Part shown: in pieces, positions 1-16,324 of the stretch
Numbering within the stretch: position 1 is the first letter of the stretch
Layout of the letters: each line of letters starts with the position of its first letter
Source of the DNA: the human T2T-CHM13v2.0 reference genome, Homo sapiens
Direction: 5' to 3' (one strand)
NCBI RefSeq assembly: GCF_009914755.1
Contig: NC_060930.1
Length of the DNA stretch: 64,000 bases
Program-made: the position numbers and the translations under genes
The notes under the pieces: model-generated
The model's database searches: none
What the model saw: only the letters and a program-made list of their open reading frames with translations
What the model was told of the DNA's origin: nothing

Positions 1-9
1 AGGGTAACA

Positions 10-678
10 ATGGGACAAGTGTGGGCTCTGATTCATTCCACCTTGGAACCTTTTCACACTAATGATGAGGAGGAAGGAAAGTATAACGAAGTAGCAGAAG
101 AGGTGACAGAGCAGGTTTGTTTGCCAGCTAAAGCTAAAGCAGCAAAAGAGGAAGAGGTTCATCCCTACCCTTCTGCATCCTCTCATTATTTTGAAGAAAA
201 AGAGTGGCCTGACCCTCCAGATCTTTCTTTTCTGGAGGACACTGGGCAAAAAGTAGTTGCCCCAGTGACTGTTCGAGCAGCACCTCGAGTGACCGCTTTC
301 AGTTCTACTCAGGCAGGAATCCAGTAAGCTAGAAGAGAGGGTGATTTAGAGGCTTGGCAGTTCCCTGTTAGAATACATCCCCCAGATCAACAGGGAAATA
401 TTATAGCTACATTTGTGCCTTTTCCTTTTAAATTACTCAAAGAATTTAAACAAGCTATCAATCAGTATGAACCAGGTCTATGCCCGAAGTGTAAAAAAGG
501 AAAACATTGGGCTAATCAGTGTCACTCTAAGTTTGATAAAGATGGGAACTCGATTTCAGGAAATGCCATGAGGGGCCTGTCCTGGGCCCCGTTCCAAACC
601 GGGGCATTTCCAGCTCAGGCCATTCCCCCACCTGTGTACAATGCCTGTCCCCCACCACAGCCAGTAGTGCTGCAGTAG
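10..678 (+). pseudogene. Internally deleted HML-3 gag remnant
   Basis: MGQ start in an HML-2-like leader context. WALIHSTLEPF resembles the MA C-terminal helix, AWQFPV...[10 protein letters not shown] the start of CA. One zinc knuckle [14 protein letters not shown] at 481-522. In-frame stop at 325-327. Confidence 0.85.
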
Positions 679-1524
679 ATTTTTGCTGCACAAAAGCTGT
701 GAGCCTTCTACGTGGAGAACCCCCACAAAAAGTTCCAACGGGGGTCTGTGGACCCTTGCCAGCAGGGACGATATGATTACTTCTAGGTAGATCTAGTTTA
801 AATTTAAAAGGAGTGCAAGTACATTCAGATTACAATGGGGAAATTCATCAATTCATCATTGATTCAGATAACAAATCAATTCATCATTGATTCAGATTAC
901 AATGGGGAAATTCAAATTGTTATATCTACTTCTGTTCCCTGGAAAGCAGAGCCAGGAGAGCTCCTGATTGTGCCATATGTGGAAATGGGGAAAAGTGAAG
1001 TTAAACGAACAGAAGGATTTGGAAGCACAAATAAATAAGGCAAAGCAGCTTACTGGGTGAATCAAATTGCTGATAAACATCCTACCTATGAAATAACTAT
1101 TCAGGGAAAGAAATTTAAAGGTTTGGTAGATACAGGAGTGGACATTTCAATCATTTCTCTACAGCACTGGCCGTCCACGTGGCCAATTCAACCCGCTCAA
1201 TTTAACATAGTTGGAGTTGGTAAAGGCCCTGATGTATACCAAAGTAGTTATATTTTGCATTGTGAAGGGCCTGATGGACAACTTGGGACTATTCAACCAA
1301 TTGTAACTTCTGTGCCTATAAATTTATGGGGGAGAGATTTATTACAACAATGGGGAGCACAAGTTTTAATTCCAGAGCAATTATATAGCCCTCAAAGTCA
1401 ACATATGATGCATGAATGGGGTATGTCCATGGTATGGGACTAGGAAAAAATTTGCAAAGTTTGAAGGAACCACTTCAAGTGGAAAGACAAAATTCCCGCC
1501 AAGGTTGAGGATATCATTTTTGAT
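640..1524 (+). pseudogene. HML-3 pro remnant (dUTPase + aspartic protease + G-patch)
   Basis: dUTPase motifs AAVD, GRSS and IDSDYNGEI. Protease LVDTGVD (1129-1137 encodes DTG) and NLWGRDLL. Frameshifted G-patch-like MMHEMG..GLG. Confidence 0.85.
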
Positions 1525-4271
1525 GGCAGCCATTGTTAAGCCTCTAGAACCTACACCTTTTAAATGGTTAACAGATAAGCCAATTGGATAACAGATAAGC
1601 CAATTTGGATAGAACAATGACCGCTAAGTAAAGAGAAACTGGAGGCTTTAGAGGACTTAGTTAATGAACAATTAGAAAAAGGATACATAGCTCCAATATT
1701 TTCCCCTTGGAATTCTCCAATTTTTGTAATTAATAAAAAATCAGGTAAATGGAGAATGTTAACTGATGTATGAGCCATTAATTCAGTTATACAACCAATG
1801 GGACATTGCAGCCAGGACTGCCTTCTCCTGCTATGATTCCAAAAAATTGGCCTTTAATAGTCATAGATTTAAGACTGTTTCTTTACTATCCCCTTAGCTG
1901 AGCAAGACTGTGAACGGTTTGCATTTACAATTCCTGCAGTAAACAACCTACAGCCTGCTAAGCGTTTTCATTGGAAAGTGTTGCCACAAGGCATGTTAAA
2001 TAGTCCAACAATTTGCCAGACTTATGTAGGGCAAGCAATTGAACCTACTCGTAAAAAATTTTCACTGTGTTAAATTATTCACTATATGGATGATATATAC
2101 TTTGTGCTGCCCCCACTCAGGAAATATTACTCCAATGTTATGATCACTTGCAAAATTCGATTTCTCATGCTGGTTTAATTATAGCTCCTGACAAAATTCA
2201 GACTACTACTCCTTACTCCTACTTGGGGACCTTAGTAAATGACACTACCATTGTGCCACAGAAAGTAACCATATGTAGGGATCAATTGAAAACATTAAAT
2301 GACTTTCAAAAATTACTAGGGGACATTAATTGGATACAATCTGCTCTAGGCATTCCTACCTATGCCATGAGTAATCTATTTTCTATCCTTAGAGGAGATC
2401 CTAGTTTCACTAGCCCTCAGCAATTAACAAGAGAAGCTGAGGCAGAGCTGCAGCTAATCAAAAAGCAAGTCGATAAAGCTCAAATAAATGGAATAGATCC
2501 AGAGAAGACTCTAGATTTGCTAACTTTTCCAACTCAGCATTCACCTACTTGTGTTATTGTTCAAGAGGAAGATCTTGTAGAGTAGCTTTTTCTTCCACAT
2601 ACTAATTCACGAACTCTAACTCCTTATTTGGATCAAATCACTACTATGATAGGAAATGGGAGAACTCAGATTGTTAAATTACATGGATATGATCCTGGAA
2701 AAATTATTGTCCCTCTCACAAGGGCACAAATACAGCAAGCTTTTATAAATAGTCTTACTTGGCAAACCCATTTAGCTGACTTTGTGGGTATTCTCAATCA
2801 TTTCCCTAAAACAAAATTATTTCAATTTTTGAAATTAACTAATTGGATTCTCCCTAAAATAACTAAATTTAAACCAATTGAAGGTGCTGAAAATGTTTTT
2901 ACAGATGGGTCTGGTAATGGTAAAGCTTCTTATTCTGGCTCAAAAGGTAAAGTTTTTCAGACGCCCTATACTTCAGTTCAAAAAGCAGAGCTTGTAGCTG
3001 TAATTGAGGTATTGACTGCTTTTGATATGCCTACTAATGTGATTTCTGATTCTTCATACGTGGTTCATTCCACACAGTTAATTGAAAATGCTCAGTTACG
3101 ATTTCATACAGATGAATAACTGATGACTTTATTTACCCAATTGCAAATAGCAGTTAGGAGTAGAATGCACCCTTTTTACATCACTCACATTAGGGCTCAT
3201 ACACCTCTTCCAGGACCTTTGACTGCAGGGAATCAAATGGCTGATCATCTAGTTGCTACTGCAATATCTAATGCTAGACACTTTCACAATTTAACCCAAG
3301 TTAATGCCTCTGGTCTCAAATGCAGATACAGCATTGCCTGGAAAGAAGCTAAAGCTCTTATCCAGTGAAGCCCAACTTGCCAAATGGTGCATTCCTCATC
3401 TTTTACAGGAGGAGTTAATCCTTGAGTATTGGAACCTAATTCTCTTTGGCAAATGGATGTCACACATGTTCCCTCGTTTGGGAGACTAGCTTATGTACAT
3501 GTATGTGTGGACACCTTTTCTCACTTTGTCTGGGCTACATGCCAGTCAGGAGAGTCTTCTGCCTGTGTTAAATGTCATCTTTTGCAGTGTTTTGTGGGGA
3601 TGGGCATTCCAGCTTCTATTAAAACAGATAATGCCCCAGGTTATACTAGCCAAGCTCTAGCTACATTTTTCTCAGTATGGAATATTAAACACATTACTGG
3701 CATCCCATATAATTCTCAAGGACAAGCCTTTGTAGGACGAATGAATCTCTCCCTAAAATGACAATTGCAAAAGCAGAAAGGGGGAAATAGGGATTATGGA
3801 ACACCCCATATGCAACTGAATCTAGCATTATTGACTTTAAATTTTTTGAGCCTGCCTAAAGGCCAGATGCTATCAGCTGCTGAACAACATCTACAGAAAC
3901 CAGCTGCAAAGACAGAAGCAGAACAACTGGTTTGGTGGAGAGATCTGATAACAAAAAGTTGGGAAATAGGTAAAATAATAACTTGGGGTGCAGGTTATGC
4001 TTGTGTTTCTCCAGGACCAAATCAACAGCTGATTTGGATACCATCAAGACACCTGAAACTTTATCATGAGCCAGATGCCAAGGAAAAGATTCCAAGAGGA
4101 TCCCAAGGACCCCCCGGTTGCAGCCATGTTGAGACTGATGCTGAGGAGGACCCCAACTGTCATGAGCAACACCCATCGAACACAGCCACCCACCTGGGGA
4201 CAGATCAAGAAGCTGTCACAGATGGCAGAAGAAAACCTGAGGAAAGCGGGACAACCAGTCACAACGAATAA
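1520..4271 (+). pseudogene. HML-3 pol remnant (RT, RNase H, integrase)
   Basis: [17 protein letters not shown] and YMDD (2083-2094). RNase H FTDGS, AELVAV, SDSSY. Integrase WQMDVTH and KTDNAPGY, with the third catalytic Glu changed to Gly (3735-3737) and a degenerate HHCC. Multiple stops and frameshifts. Confidence 0.92.
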
Positions 4272-5253
4272 TTTAATGATAGCTATGATAGCAGTTATCA
4301 CCACTGCCATGAGTATTCCTTCAATAAGGGCTGACACAGAGAACAATTATAGTTATTGGCTATATTTATCAATCTTGGCTTGCAATAATGCCTGGATGTA
4401 ATCACTCTATGACACAGTTACACATGCTTTCTGATCTCAGTATTTACCATAATAAATCTGCTCCTATAATTGAGGTATACAACCCTCAAAAACGTATTTG
4501 CAAACAGAATTGAACCTGGCCAGAAATAATGAACTTACTTGTTTGGGAAGATTGCATTGCAGAATGGGCAGAGGTGCTGCGCAATGATTCCTATGGAATC
4601 ACTATTGATTGGTCCCCTAAGGGGATGTTTAGCTTGAATTGCACCTCTCAGTCTGAGTGCCACAGTTGTACTATGTTCAGCTGGTGTGAACAAAATGGTC
4701 AGATGGTAGAAACGGTAGGAAGTATGGCAAGAGTTCCTATTATCTGGAACCATGGCAGTATAGTGGCACCTCAACCTCAAATGATATGGCCTGTTGTAGG
4801 AGCTAAACATAAGGATTTGTGGAAACTATTAATGGCTCTTAATAAGATCAAAATTTGGGAAAGAATAAAAAAGCATCTAGAAGGACACTCTACAAACTTG
4901 TCTTTGGACATTGCAAAAGCAAAGGAACAAATATTTAAAGCATCCCAGGCACACCTGATCTTAATGTCAGGAACTGGAGTGCTTGAAGGAGTGGCAGACA
5001 GATTAGCAGCTAGTAATCCATTAGAATAGATAAAGACACTTTTGGAGGCTCTGTTATTTCAATGACGATTGTGCTTTTAATCTGTGTTGTTTGTCTTTGT
5101 ATAGTCTGCAGATGCAGATCCCAGCTCCTGCGAGAAGTAGCTCACCAAGACACAGCTGCCTTTGCTTTTATTGCTTTGCAAAACAAAAAAGGGAGACATG
5201 TTGGGAACAGGCCCCCAAAACTGGCCATAAACAAAATCTCTGCAGCACTGTGA
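4126..5253 (+). pseudogene. Internally deleted HML-3 env remnant
   Basis: Signal-peptide segment PPTWGQIKKL..NYSYW, SU segment LVWEDC..IDWSPKG, TM segment NLSLDIAK.KEQIFKASQAHL, and hydrophobic anchor IVLLICVVCLCIVC. Confidence 0.85.
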
Positions 5254-5682
5254 CATGTTCTTGATGGTCATGACGCCCACACTGAAGGTTGTGGGTTTAC
5301 CAGAATGAGGGAAGGAACACCTAGCCCACCCAGGGCAGAAAACTGCTTAAAGGCATTCTTAAACCACAAACAATAGCATCAGCAATCTGTGCCTTAAGGA
5401 CATGTTCCTGCTGCAGATAACTAGCCAGAGCCTATCCCTTTGTTTTGGCCCATCCCTTTGTTTCCTGTAAGGAATAATTTTAGTTAATCTATAGTCTATA
5501 GAAAGAATGCTTATCATTGGCTTGCCATCAATAAATATGTGGGTCAAACTCCGTTTGGGGCTCTCAGCTCTGAAGGCTGTCAGCTCCCTGATCCCACTCC
5601 ACACTCTATATTTCTGTGTGTGTGTCTTTAATTCCTCTAATGCCACTGGGTTAGGGTCTCCATGACCAAGCTGGTCTCGGTA
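5199..5682 (+). mobile_element. MER9-type 3' LTR of the HML-3 provirus
   Basis: Preceded by purine tract AAAAAAGGGAGACA (5185-5198). Starts with TG, has AATAAA at 5530-5535, and ends ...GGTCTCGGTA (terminal CA mutated to TA). Confidence 0.88.
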
Positions 5683-6115
5683 TGCATATATATAAATTCC
5701 AAAAGTAGCTGCCTGCAGTGGTTCACAACTATAATCTCAGCACTTTGGGAGGCTGAGGTCAGAGAATAGCTTGAGCCCAGGAGTTTGAGATCAGTCTGGG
5801 CAACATAGGTGGACCTCATCTCTACAAAAAAAATTAAAAATTAGCCAGGTTAGTGGTGGCACATGCTTGTAGTCCCAGCTACTTGGGAGGTGGGGTGGGG
5901 AGGATCCATTTAGCCCAGGAGTTCAAGGCTGCAGTGAGGGTAACAGAGCGAGACCCTGTCTGAAAAAATTTTTTAAAATCCTGGCTGGGCGCGGTGACTC
6001 ACACCTATAATCCCAACACTTTGGGAGGCCAAGGTGGGTGGATCACAAGGTCAGGAGTTCAAGACCAGCCTGACCAAGATGGTGAAACCCCATCTCTACT
6101 AAAAATACAAAAATT

Positions 6116-7688
<1,573 letters not shown>

Positions 7689-8382
7689 TCAACCAAATTG
7701 GCCCTCACTCTGCAAAAGAATAATAGGTTTCATCATCCAAATTTTGTTTGGAACCGAGGGGATCAATTCCGATTTAAAACACAGTACAAACTGTCATGTC
7801 AGGATTAGTTAGTTCTACAAGAAATCACAAAAACCCTGCAACCTATGGGTGGAGGTTGGCCACCACCTGAACCTGTTTCAATAGAGTGTCTATTGTAAGA
7901 AGTGAAACTGCCTTAGGCATTTTTTGAAAACTTATTTAGAGAATTTTGATAGCCGAGGAGTTTTTCCCACATTCACCAAATGCCAAAATATTTTAATTCT
8001 CTTATTTCCACAAACACCAAAGTTTTAATTGGTTTCCTTCTACTGCGCATGCACACACATATACTTTTTCTTTGCTAATTTTGGTAAAAGTTAAAACTTA
8101 AAGAAAAGCACGCTGGTATGTAAAATATTTCAAACTTGTGGGATTCTTTCTCCATAAAACCTCTATTAATTCCTAGGTTTCTGATTGCTATTTTTAAAAC
8201 TCATTTGCTTTTATTAAGTAAATACTTGTACAAAGTATATTCAATAATTGAATTCATAAAAACACAAATGGTACAAAAGGGTAAAGTCTCTCACCTCTAT
8301 TTCCACCCAATTCCCTTCCCCAAGGGGTCCAGTTTTGCCAGTTTCTTGTATGAATTGTCAGAAAGTCTGCGCGTATACAGGC

Positions 8383-8410
8383 GTGTGTGTGTGTGTGTGT
8401 GTGTGTGTGT
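8383..8410. repeat. (GT)14 microsatellite
   Basis: Direct reading. Confidence 0.95.
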
Positions 8411-8456
8411 ACACAGCACGTAGTCTTAGTATCTCGGTTGGTTTTTTTTTTTTTGA

Positions 8457-8672
<216 letters not shown>

Positions 8673-8832
8673 TGATCCACCTGCCTCGGCCTCCCAAAGT
8701 TCTGGGATTACAGGCGTGAGCCACCTCACCTGGCAGTATCTCAGTTTTTTTAAAAAACAAAAAACTATAGGCCAGGCATGGTGGCTCATGCTTGTAATCC
8801 CAGCACTTTGGGAGGCTGGTGGGGGCAAATCA

Positions 8833-9066
<234 letters not shown>

Positions 9067-9386
9067 CTACACATTTTTTACATCATGAGATCTGATTATA
9101 TTTAAAAAGCCCTATTTTTAAAATAGTTAACATATTCATGTGTTAAAATTCAATGTTTCCTTTGTTCCCTCCGTGCCTAGGAGGGGAAAACCTTTAGACA
9201 AATTCTAATAGAACTGTAAAGTTCAACAGGTTTCTCTTCTACGTTTCTGCTTCCATCTAGTTCTCCTAAACAACCAGTGTTTCCAGTTTGTTGTGTTTTC
9301 TATGCATATAGAGCCTGTTTTCCACTAATAACACAATCTTGCTCCATAAATGCAGGGACTCTGTCTATCTGGTTCACTGTTTCTTA

Positions 9387-9695
<309 letters not shown>

Positions 9696-9984
9696 CTAGG
9701 TGACAGAGCAAGACCCTGTCATAAAAAAAAATAATAAATCTTTTTGGAATGAAATAATATCCTTATCTCCCTATCCCTTACCTCCATTTCCAAATATACC
9801 TAGCAAGTCTAATTCTCTCATGTGAATTTTCTCAGCTTCATCCCTTCCTTGCTTTTTCTGTGATCACAGTCCCACTCAGTCTAATCACTACATGCCTTAG
9901 ACCACTGCTACCTCCTGATGAATCTCCTATCTGTCTCCCACATAGATACATAGCTCTATGGAAAGAGAAGCCATGTCACGAGAT

Positions 9985-10215
9985 GGTTAGAAGAGACACC
10001 AGGTTTAGACTCAGACAGCCTGAGTTCATATTCCAGGTCTGCTATTTAGAAGCAATGGGGCCTTGAGGAAGCAAGTTACCCAGGATCTGTGCCTCAGTTT
10101 CCTTGCCTGCACAACAGAGATGACAGTGTCTTCCTCATGGGGTAGTTGTAAGATTAAATGGGCTAATATGTAAAGCACTTACATATAAGACATATAAGAA
10201 ATGTTCAATAAATGT
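9985..10215 (+). mobile_element. MIR SINE
   Basis: Core TCTGTGCCTCAGTTTCCTT..GTTGTAAGATTAAATG..TGTAAAGCACTTA..CAATAAATG. Confidence 0.75.
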
Positions 10216-10426
10216 CATTACTATGGCAAGAATAATCTTCCTCAAACACTGTTTGAATATGAAGCCCTTTTTCATAAACCTTGAATTGCTTTTAGCAGCT
10301 CCTCATAGAAACTGTAAATTATTTACACTGAGCCCTAAATCTCCTTATCAATTTAGCCCCTCCTCCTACTTACTCAACCAGTTTTTTTCTTTTTTCTTTC
10401 TTTCTTTCTTTTTTTTTTTTTTTTGA

Positions 10427-10558
<132 letters not shown>

Positions 10559-11923
10559 TAGGACTACAGGTGCCCACCACCATGCCCAGCTAATTTTTGT
10601 ATTTGTAGTAGAGATGGGGTTTCACTATTTATATACTTTGATATATTTTCAATTGTGTGTATCCAGATTATTCCAGTAGATTATAATGTCTTCAAAATCT
10701 GCCTGTCTATTCTTTTGTTACATCTTGTACATTATATTCACAATGTACACAAATATATTTTCATTTCCTCCTTCCCTCCCTCCTTCCCTTCATTCCTTCT
10801 TTCCATTTGATCATCCTCCAAATCCCCTGGCTTCCAGGAAAATGAAGACAATAAAATACAGAAAAGGCTGCGCCTGGGTATGGTCTGAGACAGGCTGCGG
10901 GAGCCTGTACCTAGGTGAGAGCAAAGCTGTCACTCCCAAAGTGCGTTCCTTTTAGAAAATTTGTATCTGAAGTATTTTGGGGGGTTGATATAAGCAACTA
11001 GTAAACCTTTAACAGTAAATCACTTATTATTGATCATCAGGATCATCATCAAATATTTATTTAGCAACTTTGTTATGAAGGCACCATGCTTACAGGATAA
11101 AGGAGAAATTACATGCTTCTTCCTGTGCTGAACTAAAAATCTAACGTGCTGAGGTGGGAGGATCGCTTGAGCCCAGGAGTTCTAGTCCAGCCTGGGCAAC
11201 ATAGGGAGACACTGTCTCTGATAAATAAATAATAAGTAAATAAATAAAAATCTAGTGTGGTGATAGAGACCCCACCCAAAATACTTAGCCACCTGAATGG
11301 TACAATAAATAAGAAAACGCCATAATTAAGTGCTGTAACAACCAATTAGTACTTCATAGAGAAGGATGAACCTCATCTGACCCCTGAAGAAAGATCAAAT
11401 ATTTAATGAGCATGAGGAAAAGCAAATATTTTAGGTGATGGACATTATATAAGTGTTATATTATTTAATGTGAAATGCCATTTAAAAACCACGTTTCACA
11501 TTTATTTACTAGACAAAGAGATCATCAAATGACATTTATTGAGTACCCACTATCTGCAAAGTATTAGACAAGGTAGAATGGGGTATAGACATGCATAGGA
11601 TGTGATCCCTGCCCTCCTAGAGATTATAATATAGTAAAGAATACAACATGTAAATAGCTGACTAGTAACTTGCAGAATGAAGGAAGCTCAGAGATCTGGA
11701 ACCCCAAGAGTAGCATAAAGGTTTCCTGACTGCCACAGTGTTGTGTAGTCTAGAACACAACAAATCCCTTTAACGGCAAATTCTGACAAATGTGATAATT
11801 GTGGAGACAGCAGGTGAATAACTGAGTGCCTGTGCTTTGCATTACTGAATGAATTATGCTATATTTTATTCTACCCATCCTTATCATTATTTTCATTGTA
11901 GCTAGTTGTTGTTGTTGTTGTAG

Positions 11924-12043
<120 letters not shown>

Positions 12044-12343
12044 TAGCTGGGATTACAGGCATGCGCCACCAAGCCCAGCTAATTTTTTGTATTTAGTAGA
12101 GATGGGGTTTGATTGAGTATCCACTATCTGCAAAGGCACCTTCGTCTCCCAAAGTGCTGGGATTACAGGCGTGACCCACCACGCCTGGTCTGTAGCTTGT
12201 TTTGGTCAGTTCCTGTCACATGAGACCTTTTTGTTTCTGAAAAAACATTATGATGTGTGGAAAGGACCTTAGTATTATCCAATCCAATTTTCTCATTTTA
12301 TAAATGGGCAGCTGAGGTCTGTTAAGGAACTTGCTTAAGGTCA

Positions 12344-12763
<420 letters not shown>

Positions 12764-12881
12764 TTAAACTTCCTGTTTCATGACTAATCCAGGATGTAAC
12801 ATCTATGACAGAAAGTTAATGCTGACATAACTAAGTACTCTATGAAATTTCTGCTGCCCATCTCCACATCCCCATTAGTAG

Positions 12882-13019
<138 letters not shown>

Positions 13020-13650
13020 TAAGTAGATAGGATTACAGGCATGCACCACCACACTCGGCTAATTTTTGTATTTTTAGTAGAGACAGGGTTTTACCATGTT
13101 GGCCAGGCTGGTCTTGATCTCCTGACCTCATGATCCACCCTCCTCAGCCTCCCAAAGAGCTGGGATTACAAGCATGAGCCACCGCACCCAGACAAAACTT
13201 TCTTTTCATGCCAGTTAAAAAAGAACCTTTGTTATTTCTCCCAGGAGAACGTCAATACTATCAAACACAACAATATGTAAGAAATATAAAATTACTTTTT
13301 CTTTGTATATTTTATTTTTTCCAAGTTTCAACTTTAAATAATACCCCACTGGATTTGGTAATATGCTTCTGAATAGAAATATATGTGGTTTTAATGGTAG
13401 GAATATTAGAAGAACTGAAGTTGCTTTTCCCCGCCCAGTTAATTCTTTTTTGCCCCTATTTTGAATCTTTATCTGCAAACTGGATTTTGCTCCAACTCAT
13501 CAAATATCTAACTCCTGCAATGTGTATTGTCTTATGCTTGACATCAAAGGACACAATAAGAAGACTGGTCTGTACTCTCATATTGCTTATCAGATAGTGG
13601 GCAGTGTTTCATGGAACAAAAGGTTCATGAAAGACAAATAGATCCTGTTA

Positions 13651-14003
<353 letters not shown>

Positions 14004-14596
14004 TCAAAAACAAAAACAAACAAACAAACAAAAATCACAAAAGAAAACAACACAAAGTTATCAGAGGCTTATGAAAAGCCACCAATGATGCCTGTTTGTG
14101 CTCCCAAGTTGACAGTGACTTCTATATAGAAAATTATGGATGAATTACTATAGGATACTGTGTTACTGAAGCAAGCACCTCCTTCCTTTTAAAAAAAATA
14201 AAAACAGCTGTGTAACACCTGAGAAAACAAATATAAACTGAAAAACAGAACATGAAGGAGTGGTGTTCACTGCTCATAGTAAAGACGTCCCTTTTTTTTA
14301 GACAGAGGATCTTACTCTGTTACCCAAACTGGAGTGTAGTTGCAGCCTCAACCTCCTGGGTTCAAGCGATCCTCTTGCCTTAGCCTCCCAAGTGGCTGGG
14401 ACCACAAGCGTGCACCACCATGCACACCTAATTAAAAAAAATTTTTTTGGTAGAGACAGAGGTCTCGCAATGTTGCCCAGGATGGTCTCAAACTCCTGGG
14501 CTCAAGCAATCCTCTTACCTCGAACTTCTGAATAGTTGGGATTACAGGCATGTCCACTGTGCCCAGCTAAAACACTTACTCTTTAGTATTTATTGA

Positions 14597-14909
<313 letters not shown>

Positions 14910-15653
14910 TGAACCACTGCGCTGCCCGGCTGACTATATCAGTTACTCCTATAGCTAGACTTTACCTACCATTGTTCAAGTTAGAAGATGCTACAATTTG
15001 AAAATGATGCTATCAACAATGATTATTATCTAATTGGGTGTTGCTGAAAAGACTGATACTTAGATTACTGTATAGTTAATTGGGTGTGGTATATTTTTTC
15101 CAGTTAAGAATTAAGGTTAGAAGGGCATTATGTCTGCAACTTACTCTTAAATTGCTCAGGAAAAAAAAGACATATATATGTATAGTCTAACCTATGTAAA
15201 ATCTATAGGTTAGGTTTTCTACAATTAGGCTTTATAAAGAAATGTATATAATGTTATAACGTGAAGGCTATCTGGAAATTCATTGTACTGTTCCTGCAAT
15301 GTTTCTGTATATCTGAAATTATATTTAACTTAGAATGAAGGTTCATGCAAGTGGATTATATATTTAATGAGTGACAGAAAATTAGAATTATTTTTAAATT
15401 GATAGATAATTCATATACCATGTCATTATTTTAAAAAAGAATCAAGATTCATTAAAACATCAACTAAAACTATTATGATCCTGACGGCCTGCTGTGCCCA
15501 CCTGCAGTCCTAGATACTCAGGAGGCTGAGGGAGGATCGCTTCAGCCTAAGAGTTTGAGGCTAGCCTAGGCCAAATAGTAAGACTTAATCTCAAAAAAAT
15601 TATTATGATCCAAAGTAATTATGAAAAATATTACATAAGCAGAATATGTATGA

Positions 15654-16324
<671 letters not shown>

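Larger units (their letters stand above)
1..5682 (+). mobile_element. HERV-K(HML-3) (HERVK9-int + MER9 LTR) defective provirus; 5' LTR lies outside the window
   Basis: Ordered betaretroviral gag (CCHC knuckle), dUTPase-protease, RT (YMDD), RNase H, integrase, env, polypurine tract and an LTR starting TGTTGGGAACAGGCCCC (MER9-type, recalled). Many stops and frameshifts. Confidence 0.92.

Noticed and set aside
10-5253. An intact or infectious retrovirus, or a novel RT-based system
   Set aside because: All genes carry stops, frameshifts or deletions, and the integrase catalytic Glu is lost.
12769-12788. Adjacent ETS-like ACTTCCTGT and AP-1-like TGACTAA motifs
   Set aside because: Short motifs expected by chance, with no other support.
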